A stretch of DNA of 33,838 bases from an uncultured Collinsella sp. (GCA_937989795.1 CALKBB010000142.1:1-33838); one strand, 5' to 3'. Shown: positions 8,391-19,062, counted from the stretch's first letter. Notes: generated by a model from the letters alone, not told the origin. Translations and numbers: made by a program.

Positions 8391-9782
8391 ATGGCATACG
8401 ACGATAGGGAGACGGGGCTGACGGTCGAGGATCGTGGCTCCAAGTTGGGTCTCCCCCAAAACCAAGATGCAGAGGCCAACGTACTGGCCGCTATGCTGCT
8501 ATCGCCCGAGGTGGTCGAAGAGGCCCAGGTCGAGCTGCAGCCCGATGACTTCTACCGGCCCATTCATAAGACCATCTATACAGCGATGGTCGATATGTAC
8601 AACAGTCGCATCCCCATCGACTCCATCTCGCTGATCGATTACCTGCGAAGCATCAACAAGCTCGATGCCGTGGGCGGCGAGGCGTACATTTTGGAGCTGA
8701 TGGGACAGACTCTGTCGCTCGTCAACTGGCAGCACCATGCCGCCATCGTTCGTCGCGACTCGATGCTGCGTGAGCTGATTGGCGCCACCAACGAGATCAA
8801 CGCGCTGGCCTACAACGCCCCCACCGACACCAAAGAGGTCGTGGAGCTGGCCGAGAGCAAGCTGCTCAAGGTCACGGCGCGTGAGGTTAAGTCGAGCTAC
8901 AAGACGCTGACCGAGTTTATGGTCGAGGCCTATAACGAGGCCGAGGAAGTGTGCAAGGCTGGCGGTCAGGCTGCAGGCGTGCCCACGGGCTTCCCGTCGC
9001 TCGACCGTATGCTCATGGGTTTCCGCGAAGGTCAGCTCATCATCATCGGCGCCCGTCCTGCTGTAGGTAAGACGTCGTTCGCTCTGAACCTGGCGCTCAA
9101 CGCTGCCGCTGCTGGTTATACCGTCGGCTTCTTCTCGCTGGAGATGTCGGGCAAGGAAATTGCCCAGCGTCTGATTTGCGCCTATGCCATGATCTCGATC
9201 AGCGACTTCCGTACGGGCCGCATTAGTCCCGAACAGTGGGCCAACATCAATGAGGCCACGCAGACGCTGTCCAAGCTCGATATTCTGATTGACGATACGC
9301 CCGGCACCACGGTGACCGAGATTCGCGCCAAGAGCCGCCGCATGCTCCATAACAAGGAGAAGGCCATCATCATCCTGGACTATTTGCAGCTGGTGAGTCC
9401 CCCGCCGGGACGTCGTTCCGAGAGCCGCACCGTCGAGGTCTCCGAGATGTCGCGTGGTTTAAAGATTATGGCCAAAGAGCTCAAGATTCCGCTGATCGCG
9501 CTGTCGCAGCTGTCGCGTCAGGTTGAATCCCGTACCGGCAAGCGCCCGCAGCTGTCCGACCTGCGTGAATCGGGCTCCATCGAGCAGGACGCCGATATCG
9601 TCATGTTCTTGGACCGATCCGCCGACGAGGCAGAGGCCTCGCGCGACGACCGACCCGACGAGGGCGTCACGCGTATCGTCGTGGCCAAGAACCGTTCGGG
9701 CCCGATCGGCGACGTCGACCTGATGTTCCTGCCGGCATCCACCAAGTTCTATGAGCTTGATGGGGCGCATACCGAGGAGTAG
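8391..9782 (+). CDS. dnaB: Replicative DNA helicase DnaB
   Basis: Walker A GARPAVGKT, plus FFSLEMS, IILDYLQL and LSQLSR...RPQLSDLRESGSIEQDAD. The start may instead be 8379 or 8385. Confidence 0.97.
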   Translation: MAYDDRETGLTVEDRGSKLGLPQNQDAEANVLAAMLLSPEVVEEAQVELQPDDFYRPIHKTIYTAMVDMYNSRIPIDSISLIDYLRSINKLDAVGGEAYILELMGQTLSLVNWQHHAAIVRRDSMLRELIGATNEINALAYNAPTDTKEVVELAESKLLKVTAREVKSSYKTLTEFMVEAYNEAEEVCKAGGQAAGVPTGFPSLDRMLMGFREGQLIIIGARPAVGKTSFALNLALNAAAAGYTVGFFSLEMSGKEIAQRLICAYAMISISDFRTGRISPEQWANINEATQTLSKLDILIDDTPGTTVTEIRAKSRRMLHNKEKAIIILDYLQLVSPPPGRRSESRTVEVSEMSRGLKIMAKELKIPLIALSQLSRQVESRTGKRPQLSDLRESGSIEQDADIVMFLDRSADEAEASRDDRPDEGVTRIVVAKNRSGPIGDVDLMFLPASTKFYELDGAHTEE

Positions 9783-9864
9783 GACAGGCGCCCGTTACAC
9801 GGGTATACTGGGAATGTTTTGTGCTTCTGCGCGCTTGCGGTGCGCGGACAGTCCATGAATGTGA

Positions 9865-11160
<1,296 letters not shown>

Positions 11161-11182
11161 TCGGCATTATTTGGTTATTGCG

Positions 11183-11226
11183 ATATACCCCTTCGCAGCC
11201 TGGATGGGCGGCCGAGGGGTATATTT
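11183..11226 (+). terminator. Hairpin after purA (weak terminator or mRNA-stabilising stem)
   Basis: ATATACCCCT...AGGGGTATAT stem with only a short T tract. Confidence 0.45.
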
Positions 11227-11280
11227 GCTTGTAATGGGCCCGCTTGGTTGGCGGGCCGTTCATCCATAGAGGAGGCACCC

Positions 11281-12585
11281 TTGAAGGCGGACACTCAAAC
11301 CATCGACATCCTGTTGTTGGGCAGCGGCGGCCGCGAGCATGCTCTGGCAGCCAAGCTCGCAGCATCACCGCGCGCCGGCAAGCTCTACATCGCGCCGGGT
11401 AACGGCGGCACCGCGAGCTGCGGAGAGAATGTGGTTCTCGACGATTGCGATCCTGCGGCCGTGGCGACGTTTGCCCAGAGCCATGGATGCGGACTCGTGG
11501 TGATTGGCCCCGAGGCTCCACTCGTGGCGGGCGTTGCCGACGCCGTCCGCGCGGCGGGCATCCCGTGCTTTGGCCCGGGTGCCGAGGGCGCCCAGATGGA
11601 GGGCTCTAAGCTGTTCTCCAAGCAGCTCATGGAGCGTGCGAACATCCCGACGGCCGCCTACGGCTCGTTTACCGATGAGGCCTCGGCTCTCGCCTATGTG
11701 CGCGAGCAGGGCGCTCCGCTGGTCGTGAAGGCCGACGGCCTTGCCGCGGGCAAGGGCGTTATTGTGGCAACCGAGCTTTCGCAGGCCGAAGAGGCTGTGC
11801 GTGAGTGCTTTGGCGGCACCTTTGGCGATGCCGGCAACACGGTGGTTATCGAGGAGATGCTGACCGGCCCCGAGTGCTCGCTGCTGGCCTTTACCGACGG
11901 TAAGAGCGTGCGTCCCATGGCCACCTCGCAGGATCACAAGCGTGCGCTCGAGGGCGACAAGGGCCCCAACACCGGTGGCATGGGCGTCTACAGCCCGGTG
12001 CCCATCGTGACCGATGAGGAGCACGCCACCATGGTGAAGGTCATGGAGCAGACCGTGGCCGAGCTCGCTGCCGAGGGTATCGACTACCGCGGCTGCCTGT
12101 ACGGCGGCTTTATGCTTACCCCCGCCGGCCCCAAGGTGCTGGAGTTCAATGCCCGCTTTGGTGATCCCGAGACGCAGGTCGTGCTGCCGCGTCTTAAGAA
12201 CGACCTGGTCGAGGTCATGCTTGCCTGTGCCAACTGCGAGCTCGATCAGGTTGAGCTCGATTGGCGTGACGAGTGGGCAGTGGCCGTTGTCCTGACGAGT
12301 GCGGGCTATCCCGGCAGCTATGAGAAGGGCAAGGTCATCACCGGCATCGAGGACGCCGAGGCCATGGAGAACGTGACGGTGTACCACGCCGGTACCGCTG
12401 TGGTGGACGGCCAGCTCGTGACCAACGGCGGTCGCGTGCTCGCCGTGACCGCGCTGGGCGATACGTTCGAGAACGCTCGCGACCTTGCCTACGAGGCCTG
12501 CGAGAAGATTGATTTTGAGGGCAAGACCCTGCGTCACGACATCGGCCTGCGCGCGCTGCGCGGCCGCGACGCCTGGGATGCCTAA
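11281..12585 (+). CDS. purD: Phosphoribosylamine-glycine ligase
   Basis: LLGSGGREHALA, VIGPEAPL, KADGLAAGKGV, GPNTGGMG, LEFNARFGDPETQ. TTG start after GGAGG. Confidence 0.97.
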   Translation: MKADTQTIDILLLGSGGREHALAAKLAASPRAGKLYIAPGNGGTASCGENVVLDDCDPAAVATFAQSHGCGLVVIGPEAPLVAGVADAVRAAGIPCFGPGAEGAQMEGSKLFSKQLMERANIPTAAYGSFTDEASALAYVREQGAPLVVKADGLAAGKGVIVATELSQAEEAVRECFGGTFGDAGNTVVIEEMLTGPECSLLAFTDGKSVRPMATSQDHKRALEGDKGPNTGGMGVYSPVPIVTDEEHATMVKVMEQTVAELAAEGIDYRGCLYGGFMLTPAGPKVLEFNARFGDPETQVVLPRLKNDLVEVMLACANCELDQVELDWRDEWAVAVVLTSAGYPGSYEKGKVITGIEDAEAMENVTVYHAGTAVVDGQLVTNGGRVLAVTALGDTFENARDLAYEACEKIDFEGKTLRHDIGLRALRGRDAWDA

Positions 12586-12606
12586 AATCCGAGAGGAATG
12601 AGACGG

Positions 12607-13302
12607 ATGGACGAGAAGAACGAAGAGCTCGTGGACGCGCAAATCGTCGAAGAGGACAGCCGCATGTATGGGCACGCCGAGGGCGAGCCGGGTGGCGAGG
12701 TCGCTGACGAGCCGGCGCTGGTGCTGGGCGACGACGACCCGCACGATGCCGAGCTGCACGAGAAGATTCTTTCGGAGGAGTGCGCCTGGAAGGGCAAGAT
12801 CCTCGACGTCCACCGTCTTGAGGTTGAGCTGCCCAACGGTCACCGCAGCGCCCGCGATATCGTTCGCCATCCGGGTGCGGCGGCCGTTGTGGCACTGACC
12901 GAGAGCGGCAAGATCGTGCTAGTGCGTCAGTACCGCACCGCCATCGACCGCGTGACGGTCGAGATTCCTGCCGGCAAGCTCGATCCGGGCGAGGACCCGC
13001 TCGATTGCGCCAAGCGCGAGCTGCATGAGGAGACGGGCTTTAAGGCCGGCCGCATCCGCTTTTTGACGTCGATTGTCACGTCCTGCGGTTTTTGCGATGA
13101 GATCATCCACATCTACTTGGCTACCAAGCTCGAGTTTGATGCGCCCAACCCCGATGATGACGAGTTTGTCAACGTGGACCTGGTGCCGCTGCACGAGCTG
13201 ATCGACGCCGTGCTCGACGGCAAGATCGAAGACGCCAAGACCGTTGTGGGTGCCTTGGCTTGCGACAGCATTGCTCATCGTTTGGGCGGAGCGGAACTCT
13301 AG
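12607..13302 (+). CDS. nudF: NUDIX hydrolase, ADP-ribose pyrophosphatase (NudF-like), with acidic N-terminal extension
   Basis: HPGAAAVV, RQYR, Nudix box EIPAGKLDPGEDPLDCAKRELHEETG, and GKIEDAKT. Confidence 0.85.
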   Translation: MDEKNEELVDAQIVEEDSRMYGHAEGEPGGEVADEPALVLGDDDPHDAELHEKILSEECAWKGKILDVHRLEVELPNGHRSARDIVRHPGAAAVVALTESGKIVLVRQYRTAIDRVTVEIPAGKLDPGEDPLDCAKRELHEETGFKAGRIRFLTSIVTSCGFCDEIIHIYLATKLEFDAPNPDDDEFVNVDLVPLHELIDAVLDGKIEDAKTVVGALACDSIAHRLGGAEL

Positions 13303-13470
13303 GTTACGCGGTTTTACCAAACCGCGTAACGAGTCGACGCTGCAAACGCCCCTAAGCGGCAATCTGACGTTCAATCGTCGGTCGCGTACCGAAGTACGCT
13401 TCCCTCCTCTTTCACGTCACCTTGCTCGCTTAGGGGCGTTTTCGCTGACTTATGCTCAACCTGCGGCGCC
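13303..13470. repeat. Structured ~170-bp intergenic repeat, copy 1
   Basis: Homologous to 28841-29010, with shared hairpins and conserved linker motifs. Confidence 0.85.
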
Positions 13471-13477
13471 TTAGAGG

Positions 13478-13506
13478 TGGTCATTGGGGACGTTCTTAAA
13501 TGACTA
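13478..13506. repeat. Short REP-like imperfect palindrome
   Basis: TGGTCATT-GGGGACGTTCTTA-AATGACTA. Confidence 0.4.
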
Positions 13507-13897
13507 GGTTGGGTACATTGCTTTGAGATGTTATTCAATCGGTTTTGATGGCCTTTGAGCTGCTTACCTGCTTAAAGCAATTGGCGGTATTCATCTGCAA
13601 TTGAAAATATTGCTCGAAAAATCGTCCAAGAAGTCGTGGGGCGATTTTTGACGCGTCGCGCGTCAAGCGATGTGGCAAGCGTTTGGTTAGATATTGGTCG
13701 GGTTAGGGGCAACCTTGCCAAAAGCTTGACGGATGCAGATGTGAACGTCGACGAATGAGCACTTTGGACGGGGCCAAACCAAAAATCTGGGCTGATTCTC
13801 GATAATCGCCTTCAATCGTCTCTTGCCAAACGCTGGCCTCGCGTACAATCTGCTCCGACATTCGCGCGCCGCCTGGCGCTTAAGAGGGGAGGACCCC

Positions 13898-15148
13898 ATG
13901 GTAAACGAGATCTGGACCATCAAGCGTTGTCTCGAGTGGACCAAGGAGTACCTGGCCGAGCGCGGCGAGGAGCACCCCCGTCTTTCTGCCGAATGGCTGC
14001 TGTGCGCAGCCACGGGTCTGGCGCGCATCGACTTATATATGCGTATGGACGAGACGCTCGATGCGGCGCAGCTCGAGACCATGCACGCGGCGGTCGTCCG
14101 CCGCGCCAAGGGCGAGCCGCTGCAGTACATTACCGGCAGCACGCAGTTCCGCATGATCGACGTCGCATGCGCCCCCGGCGTGCTCATTCCACGTCCCGAG
14201 ACCGAGATGCTCGTCGAGGAAGTCCTCAATTATCTGGATGCCGAGGTGCTGAGCCCCGAGGCTGCCGCCCGTCAGCGCGTTGAGCTGCCCTGGAACGACG
14301 AGGTCGAGCAAGCGCGCAAAGCCGAAGCCGCGTTGGCCGACGAGCGAGCGACGGCCGAGCGCCGTGCCGCTAACCTCACAGCTGCCGATGAGGCGGCGCT
14401 AGGCAGCGACGTACTGGGCAGCCGTGCCTATGCCGAGGAACTGGCCGACCGCGAGGCCGAGGAAGCCGCCGCGCAGGCAGCAGATGCCGAGGCCGAGGAG
14501 GCCGCCGAGCCCGAGCTCGACGAATACGGCATCGCCATCGAAGGCGCCGACCACGAGGCGTCTCTGACGGAGGATGCCGCCGCGCCCGCTCCGGTCGAGC
14601 CCCGTATCGCCCGCGTTCTCGAGGTCGGCTGCGGCACGGGCTGCATCTCGCTTTCCCTTGCCTGGGAGCGCCGCGGCCATGTCACCTGCACCGCTACCGA
14701 TATCGAACCGCGTGCCATTGACCTGGCCAACAAAAACCGCGACGCGCTCGGGCTTACGTCCGATGAGGTCGCCTTCAGCCTCACAAACCTGGTGAGCTCT
14801 ATCCCCCGCGAGGAATGGGGCACCTTCGACGTGCTCGTCTCCAACCCGCCTTACATTCCGACTGACGTCATGCGCTCGCTGCCGCACGAGGTCAAGGACT
14901 TCGAGCCCGATTTAGCGCTCGAGGGCGGCGCCGACGGCCTCGATATCTTCCGCCGCCTGCTCAATGCGGCGCCCTATATGCTGCGCGCCGGCGGCCTGTT
15001 TGCCTGCGAGCTCTACGAGGGTGCCCTCGATGCCGCGGCCGAGCTCTGTCGCCAGGCAGGCCTTTCGGACGTGCGTATCGTCCACGACCTCACCGATCGC
15101 CCCCGCATCGTCCGAGCCATCGTCACCGAGCCCAAACAGCGCCAGTAA
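13898..15148 (+). CDS. prmC: Release factor glutamine methyltransferase PrmC/HemK with a ~120-aa internal insertion
   Basis: RRAKGEPLQYITG, VLIPRPETE, LEVGCGTGCI, VSNPPYI, EPDLALEGGADGL. ATG after GGAGG. Confidence 0.93.
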   Translation: MVNEIWTIKRCLEWTKEYLAERGEEHPRLSAEWLLCAATGLARIDLYMRMDETLDAAQLETMHAAVVRRAKGEPLQYITGSTQFRMIDVACAPGVLIPRPETEMLVEEVLNYLDAEVLSPEAAARQRVELPWNDEVEQARKAEAALADERATAERRAANLTAADEAALGSDVLGSRAYAEELADREAEEAAAQAADAEAEEAAEPELDEYGIAIEGADHEASLTEDAAAPAPVEPRIARVLEVGCGTGCISLSLAWERRGHVTCTATDIEPRAIDLANKNRDALGLTSDEVAFSLTNLVSSIPREEWGTFDVLVSNPPYIPTDVMRSLPHEVKDFEPDLALEGGADGLDIFRRLLNAAPYMLRAGGLFACELYEGALDAAAELCRQAGLSDVRIVHDLTDRPRIVRAIVTEPKQRQ

Positions 15149-15162
15149 CATTTATTAACTGG

Positions 15163-15192
15163 TTAGCAAAAATTATAAAGTAGTTTATAATT
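15163..15192 (+). promoter_or_regulatory. hicAB promoter with overlapping operator palindrome
   Basis: TTAGCA-17 bp-TATAAT, overlapped by the perfect 9-4-9 inverted repeat AATTATAAA-gtag-TTTATAATT (15171-15192). Confidence 0.75.
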
Positions 15193-15216
15193 AGGACGGC
15201 TGAAAGAGGTCGGCCC

Positions 15217-15402
15217 ATGCAACCTCCTACCTTTCGGGAAATCATTGCCCTACTCAAGCACGATGGATTCGTGAAGGTCGCGCAAGTCGGTAGTCATGCT
15301 AAGTATGTTTCTGGTGACCGCGTTGTCACCGTGAACGGTTCTGGTGGTGATCGACCAAAGAAGGGCACGTGGGCAAGTATTCGTCGCCAAGCCGGATGGT
15401 AG
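15217..15402 (+). CDS. hicA: Type II toxin-antitoxin system, HicA-family toxin
   Basis: 61 aa: REIIALLKHDGF..QVGSHAKY...KGTWASIRRQAGW, including the GSH motif. GAGG RBS. Confidence 0.88.
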   Translation: MQPPTFREIIALLKHDGFVKVAQVGSHAKYVSGDRVVTVNGSGGDRPKKGTWASIRRQAGW

Positions 15403-15413
15403 TTGGAGGCAAA

Positions 15414-15860
15414 ATGAGGCAGCGATTTACCTATGACTGCGTTCTCATAAAAGAAGACGACGGTTACTGCGCTAGCTTCCCGCAGATTCCCGGCGCCTTT
15501 GCCGATGGCGATACGCGCGAAGAAGCGATTGCCCATGCCACCGAGGCACTGATGGCGTTTTTGGCCGACGACCTCAACAACGGTTTGACTCCGGCAGGGT
15601 ACGAACGCTCGGCCGAGGTCGTGACCCTTTCAGTCGAAATCGACCACGAGGACGCTCGGGAAGCGGCGTGCCGAACATTTAAAGACGCAGCTCTGGACCT
15701 CAAAGTTTCCGCTCCGCGGATTACCGCGCTGGTCAAAGCCGGAAAGCTCGATGTTGAACTCGTCGACGGCCGTCGGATGATAACGATAGACAGCATCGAG
15801 CGCTACGCCGCCCAAGAACGCCACGCCGGCAGGCCAAAGAAGTTCGTCGCAGTCCAATAA
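15414..15860 (+). CDS. hicB: HicB-family antitoxin with C-terminal excisionase-like HTH
   Basis: EDDGYCASFPQIPGAFADGDTREEAIAHATEAL (HicB fold), followed by TFKDAALDLKVSAPRITALVKAGKL. GGAGG RBS. Confidence 0.88.
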   Translation: MRQRFTYDCVLIKEDDGYCASFPQIPGAFADGDTREEAIAHATEALMAFLADDLNNGLTPAGYERSAEVVTLSVEIDHEDAREAACRTFKDAALDLKVSAPRITALVKAGKLDVELVDGRRMITIDSIERYAAQERHAGRPKKFVAVQ

Positions 15861-15994
15861 CCCCCTCACTTTCACCGACTACTGGAGCCGCTCACCAAAC
15901 CAACATGCGCTCTGGGCAAATAGGTTGAACGTTTCGTGCGAGAATGCCCCTCAGTAAACAAACTTGCACCAGAGCGTAAGGGGCTGGCATACAC

Positions 15995-16738
15995 ATGCAG
16001 ACGGTCTATCGGGTATTCGAGGGAACGCGTGAGCCGCATCGGCTCGCCGTCGAGCGTACGGCCGAGCTACTCGGTCGCGGTGGCCTGGCGCTTATTCCAA
16101 CCGAGACGGTCTACGGTGTCGCCGTGGCAGTCAACGCCTTCTCGGACGCCGTGCCCCAAGATACAAGCGAATTCCCATCGTGGCCGCGCGATCCGCAGGC
16201 TGTCGTCAATGGCGCCGCGGTCCCCGCGCTCGGTACCGGCTACCGCCGCATCTTTACCCTCAAGCAGCGCAAGCTCACCCAAACGGTCGCCTGGCTGGTT
16301 GATAATGCCGAAGCACTCGACCGCTATGGCGTGGATATCCCCGAAGAGGCTCGCGTACTCGCGCGACGATGCTGGCCGGGAGCCCTGACTATCGTGGTCA
16401 AGGCAGCCCCCTGCGTGCCGACCTTTATGCGCGCTGCCGACGACACCGTGGCCCTGCGCGCTTCGGCCTCTCCTGTGGTGCAGGCGCTCATCCGCGCCTG
16501 CGGCAGTCCGCTTGCCTGCACCAGCGCCAATACGCACGGCGCGCCCGCGCCGGCAAGCTTTGCCGACGTTGAGGACCGCATTCTGGAGGGGGTCGATGTG
16601 GCCGTCGACGCGGGCGAGACCCCGTGCCGCGACGCTTCGACCATCGTGACGTTTAAGCATGGCGAGCTTCAGATCCTGCGCCAAGGCGCGCTTCCCGCAT
16701 CAGAGATCGAGCGGGTTCTGTCCGACCCGATGCAATAG
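15995..16738 (+). CDS. tsaC: L-threonylcarbamoyladenylate synthase (TsaC/YrdC domain)
   Basis: IPTETVYG, LKQR, WPGALT, TVALR, TSAN, ASTIV, ILRQGA. Confidence 0.92.
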   Translation: MQTVYRVFEGTREPHRLAVERTAELLGRGGLALIPTETVYGVAVAVNAFSDAVPQDTSEFPSWPRDPQAVVNGAAVPALGTGYRRIFTLKQRKLTQTVAWLVDNAEALDRYGVDIPEEARVLARRCWPGALTIVVKAAPCVPTFMRAADDTVALRASASPVVQALIRACGSPLACTSANTHGAPAPASFADVEDRILEGVDVAVDAGETPCRDASTIVTFKHGELQILRQGALPASEIERVLSDPMQ

Positions 16739-16751
16739 AAAGGTGTAAGCG

Positions 16752-18293
16752 ATGTCGTTGAATCTGGGCAGCCTGGGCATGGAAGATGCCTCGTTTAACT
16801 TTGGCGGTTCCTACATCATGGCGCTCGACTGCGGCACCACCTCGGTGCTCGCGACCATCGTCGACGAGTACGGCTGCATCGTCGCCCAGGCGCGTCGTAG
16901 CGTCAAAACCAGCTTCCCGCGCCCCGGCTGGGTGGAGCAGGATCCCACGGAGGTGCTTGCCAGCCAGATCGGCGTGATGATGGAGGTCCAGTTTAAGAGC
17001 GGCATCCATTCCGATCGCATCGCCGCCATCGGTATCTCCAACCAGCGCGAGACCACGGTGGTATGGGACCGCGTGAGTGGCCAGCCTATCTACAACGCCA
17101 TCGTGTGGCAGTGTCGCCGCACCGCCTCGACAATCGATAAACTGGCCGAGCAGGGCTGCGAGGAGCTGGTGCGTTCCCGCACCGGCCTTACGCTCGACCC
17201 GTATTTCTCGGCCTCCAAGGTGCAATGGATTCTCGACAACGTCGACGGCGCGCGAGAGAGCGCGGCGGCGGGCGACCTTATGTTTGGCACCATCGACACC
17301 TGGCTCATCTACAACCTCACCGGCGGCCAGGTCTTTGCCACCGACTACACCAATGCCAGCCGCACAGCGCTCTTCAATATTCATACGCTGGACTGGGACG
17401 ATGACCTGCTGGCTCTCTTCGACATCCCGCGTGCCATGATGCCCGAGGTCCGTTGGAGCTCCGGTGACTACGGTCACGTCGCGAGCGACATCATGACCAA
17501 CATGCCGCCCATCATGGGTGTGGCGGGCGACCAGCAGGCGTCGCTGTTCGGTCACTGCTGCTTCCATCCCGGCCAGACCAAAAACACCTATGGCACGGGC
17601 TGCTTTATGCTCATGAATACCGGCGACGAGATCGTCGAATCCAAGAATGGCCTGGTCTCCACCATCGGTATCGCTGCGGACGGCAAGGTCAGCTATGCGC
17701 TCGAGGGTTCTATTTTTGCCGCCGGCTCAACGATGAACTGGCTGCGCGACAACATGGGCGTTATCTCCAACGTATCCGAATCGGCACGGCTCGCCTCCTC
17801 GATCAGCGACAACGAGGGATGCTACTTTGTCCCCGCTTTTGCGGGCTTGGGTGCACCTTGGTGGGACGCGCACGCCCGCGGCATCGTATGCGGTCTGACC
17901 GGCGCCTCGAGTCGCGCGACCATCGTGCGTGCCGCTTGCGAGTCCATGGCCTATCAGAGCTATGACGTGCTGCGTGCCATGGAGCAGGACGTGGGTCTTT
18001 CGATCGAGCGCCTGTCCGTCGATGGCGGCGCCTCGCGCAACGAGTTCATCATGCAGTTCCAGGCAGACTTGCTGGATATCCCCGTACTGCAATGTGAGTC
18101 GGTGGAGACAACGGCGATCGGTGCCGCGTATCTGGCGGGCCTCGCGGTTGGGTATTGGGAGGATCTGGAGGAGCTGGAGCAAAACACCCAGATCGTCAAG
18201 ACATTCCATCCCCATATGTCCGTTGAGCGTCGCGAGCACAACCTGGACGGTTGGCACGATGCGGTCAGGCGTTCGCTCAGCACCGCTCAATAG
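16752..18293 (+). CDS. glpK: Glycerol kinase (FGGY family)
   Basis: [73 protein letters not shown]. Confidence 0.9.
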   Translation: MSLNLGSLGMEDASFNFGGSYIMALDCGTTSVLATIVDEYGCIVAQARRSVKTSFPRPGWVEQDPTEVLASQIGVMMEVQFKSGIHSDRIAAIGISNQRETTVVWDRVSGQPIYNAIVWQCRRTASTIDKLAEQGCEELVRSRTGLTLDPYFSASKVQWILDNVDGARESAAAGDLMFGTIDTWLIYNLTGGQVFATDYTNASRTALFNIHTLDWDDDLLALFDIPRAMMPEVRWSSGDYGHVASDIMTNMPPIMGVAGDQQASLFGHCCFHPGQTKNTYGTGCFMLMNTGDEIVESKNGLVSTIGIAADGKVSYALEGSIFAAGSTMNWLRDNMGVISNVSESARLASSISDNEGCYFVPAFAGLGAPWWDAHARGIVCGLTGASSRATIVRAACESMAYQSYDVLRAMEQDVGLSIERLSVDGGASRNEFIMQFQADLLDIPVLQCESVETTAIGAAYLAGLAVGYWEDLEELEQNTQIVKTFHPHMSVERREHNLDGWHDAVRRSLSTAQ

Positions 18294-18414
18294 GGCTGCG
18301 ACGGGGCGCTCGATACAACAAACCGCTAAACTTATGCACGGCGCGTGGCAACAGCACCGCGGCGTGCCTTGTCAGCAAGGCCATCTTCCGGCCGCAACGA
18401 AAGGGGTAAGACCC

Positions 18415-19062
18415 ATGACCGTTACCTACGATACGTCTCGCGTGACGCTTGTCGATCATCCGCTCGTCCAGCATAAGCTGTCGATCCTGCGCGACAAGAG
18501 CACCGGCACCAACCAGTTCCGCCAGCTCGTACGCGAGCTCGCGCTCTTTGACGGCTACGAGGCCATGCGCGACCTGCCCATGGAGGATGTCGAAGTCGAA
18601 ACCCCCATCACGACCGCCACGTTCAAGCAGCTTGCCGGCAAGAAGCTCGCCATCGTCCCCATTCTGCGCGCGGGCCTTGGCATGGTCGACGGCATCCTCG
18701 ACCTGGTGCCCTCCGCTCGCGTGGGCCACATCGGCATGGAGCGCGACGAGGTCACCCACGAGCCGCATGAATATTGCTGCAAGATGCCCAGGGATATCGA
18801 CCAGCGTATCTGCCTGGTCGTCGATCCCATGCTCGCCACGGGCGGTTCTGCCGAGATGGCTATCAGCTATCTGCGCGAGTGCGGTGTCAAGGACATCCGC
18901 ATGCTGTGCATCGTCGCGGCCCCCGAGGGTCTCAAGTCGCTGACCGAGAAAGACCCCGACGTGCATATCTATACCTGCGCCATTGACGACCACCTCAACG
19001 AGGCCGCCTACATCGTCCCCGGCCTGGGCGATGCCGGCGACCGCATCTACGGCACGCTGTAG
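18415..19062 (+). CDS. upp: Uracil phosphoribosyltransferase
   Basis: [43 protein letters not shown] at 18415 after AAGGGG. Confidence 0.97.
   Translation: MTVTYDTSRVTLVDHPLVQHKLSILRDKSTGTNQFRQLVRELALFDGYEAMRDLPMEDVEVETPITTATFKQLAGKKLAIVPILRAGLGMVDGILDLVPSARVGHIGMERDEVTHEPHEYCCKMPRDIDQRICLVVDPMLATGGSAEMAISYLRECGVKDIRMLCIVAAPEGLKSLTEKDPDVHIYTCAIDDHLNEAAYIVPGLGDAGDRIYGTL

Noticed and set aside
13823..13849. TTGCCA-15 bp-TACAAT as the prmC promoter
   Set aside because: The hexamers are plausible, but the 15-bp spacer is suboptimal, so it was not called with confidence.
14252..14608. PrmC insertion as an intein
   Set aside because: There is no terminal His-Asn followed by Cys/Ser/Thr and no Hint or LAGLIDADG motifs; the insert is low-complexity and acidic.
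17929..18414. Apparent long N-terminal extension of upp overlapping glpK
   Set aside because: The extension is motif-less and out of frame with glpK. A good RBS and ATG at 18415 give a normal-length Upp.
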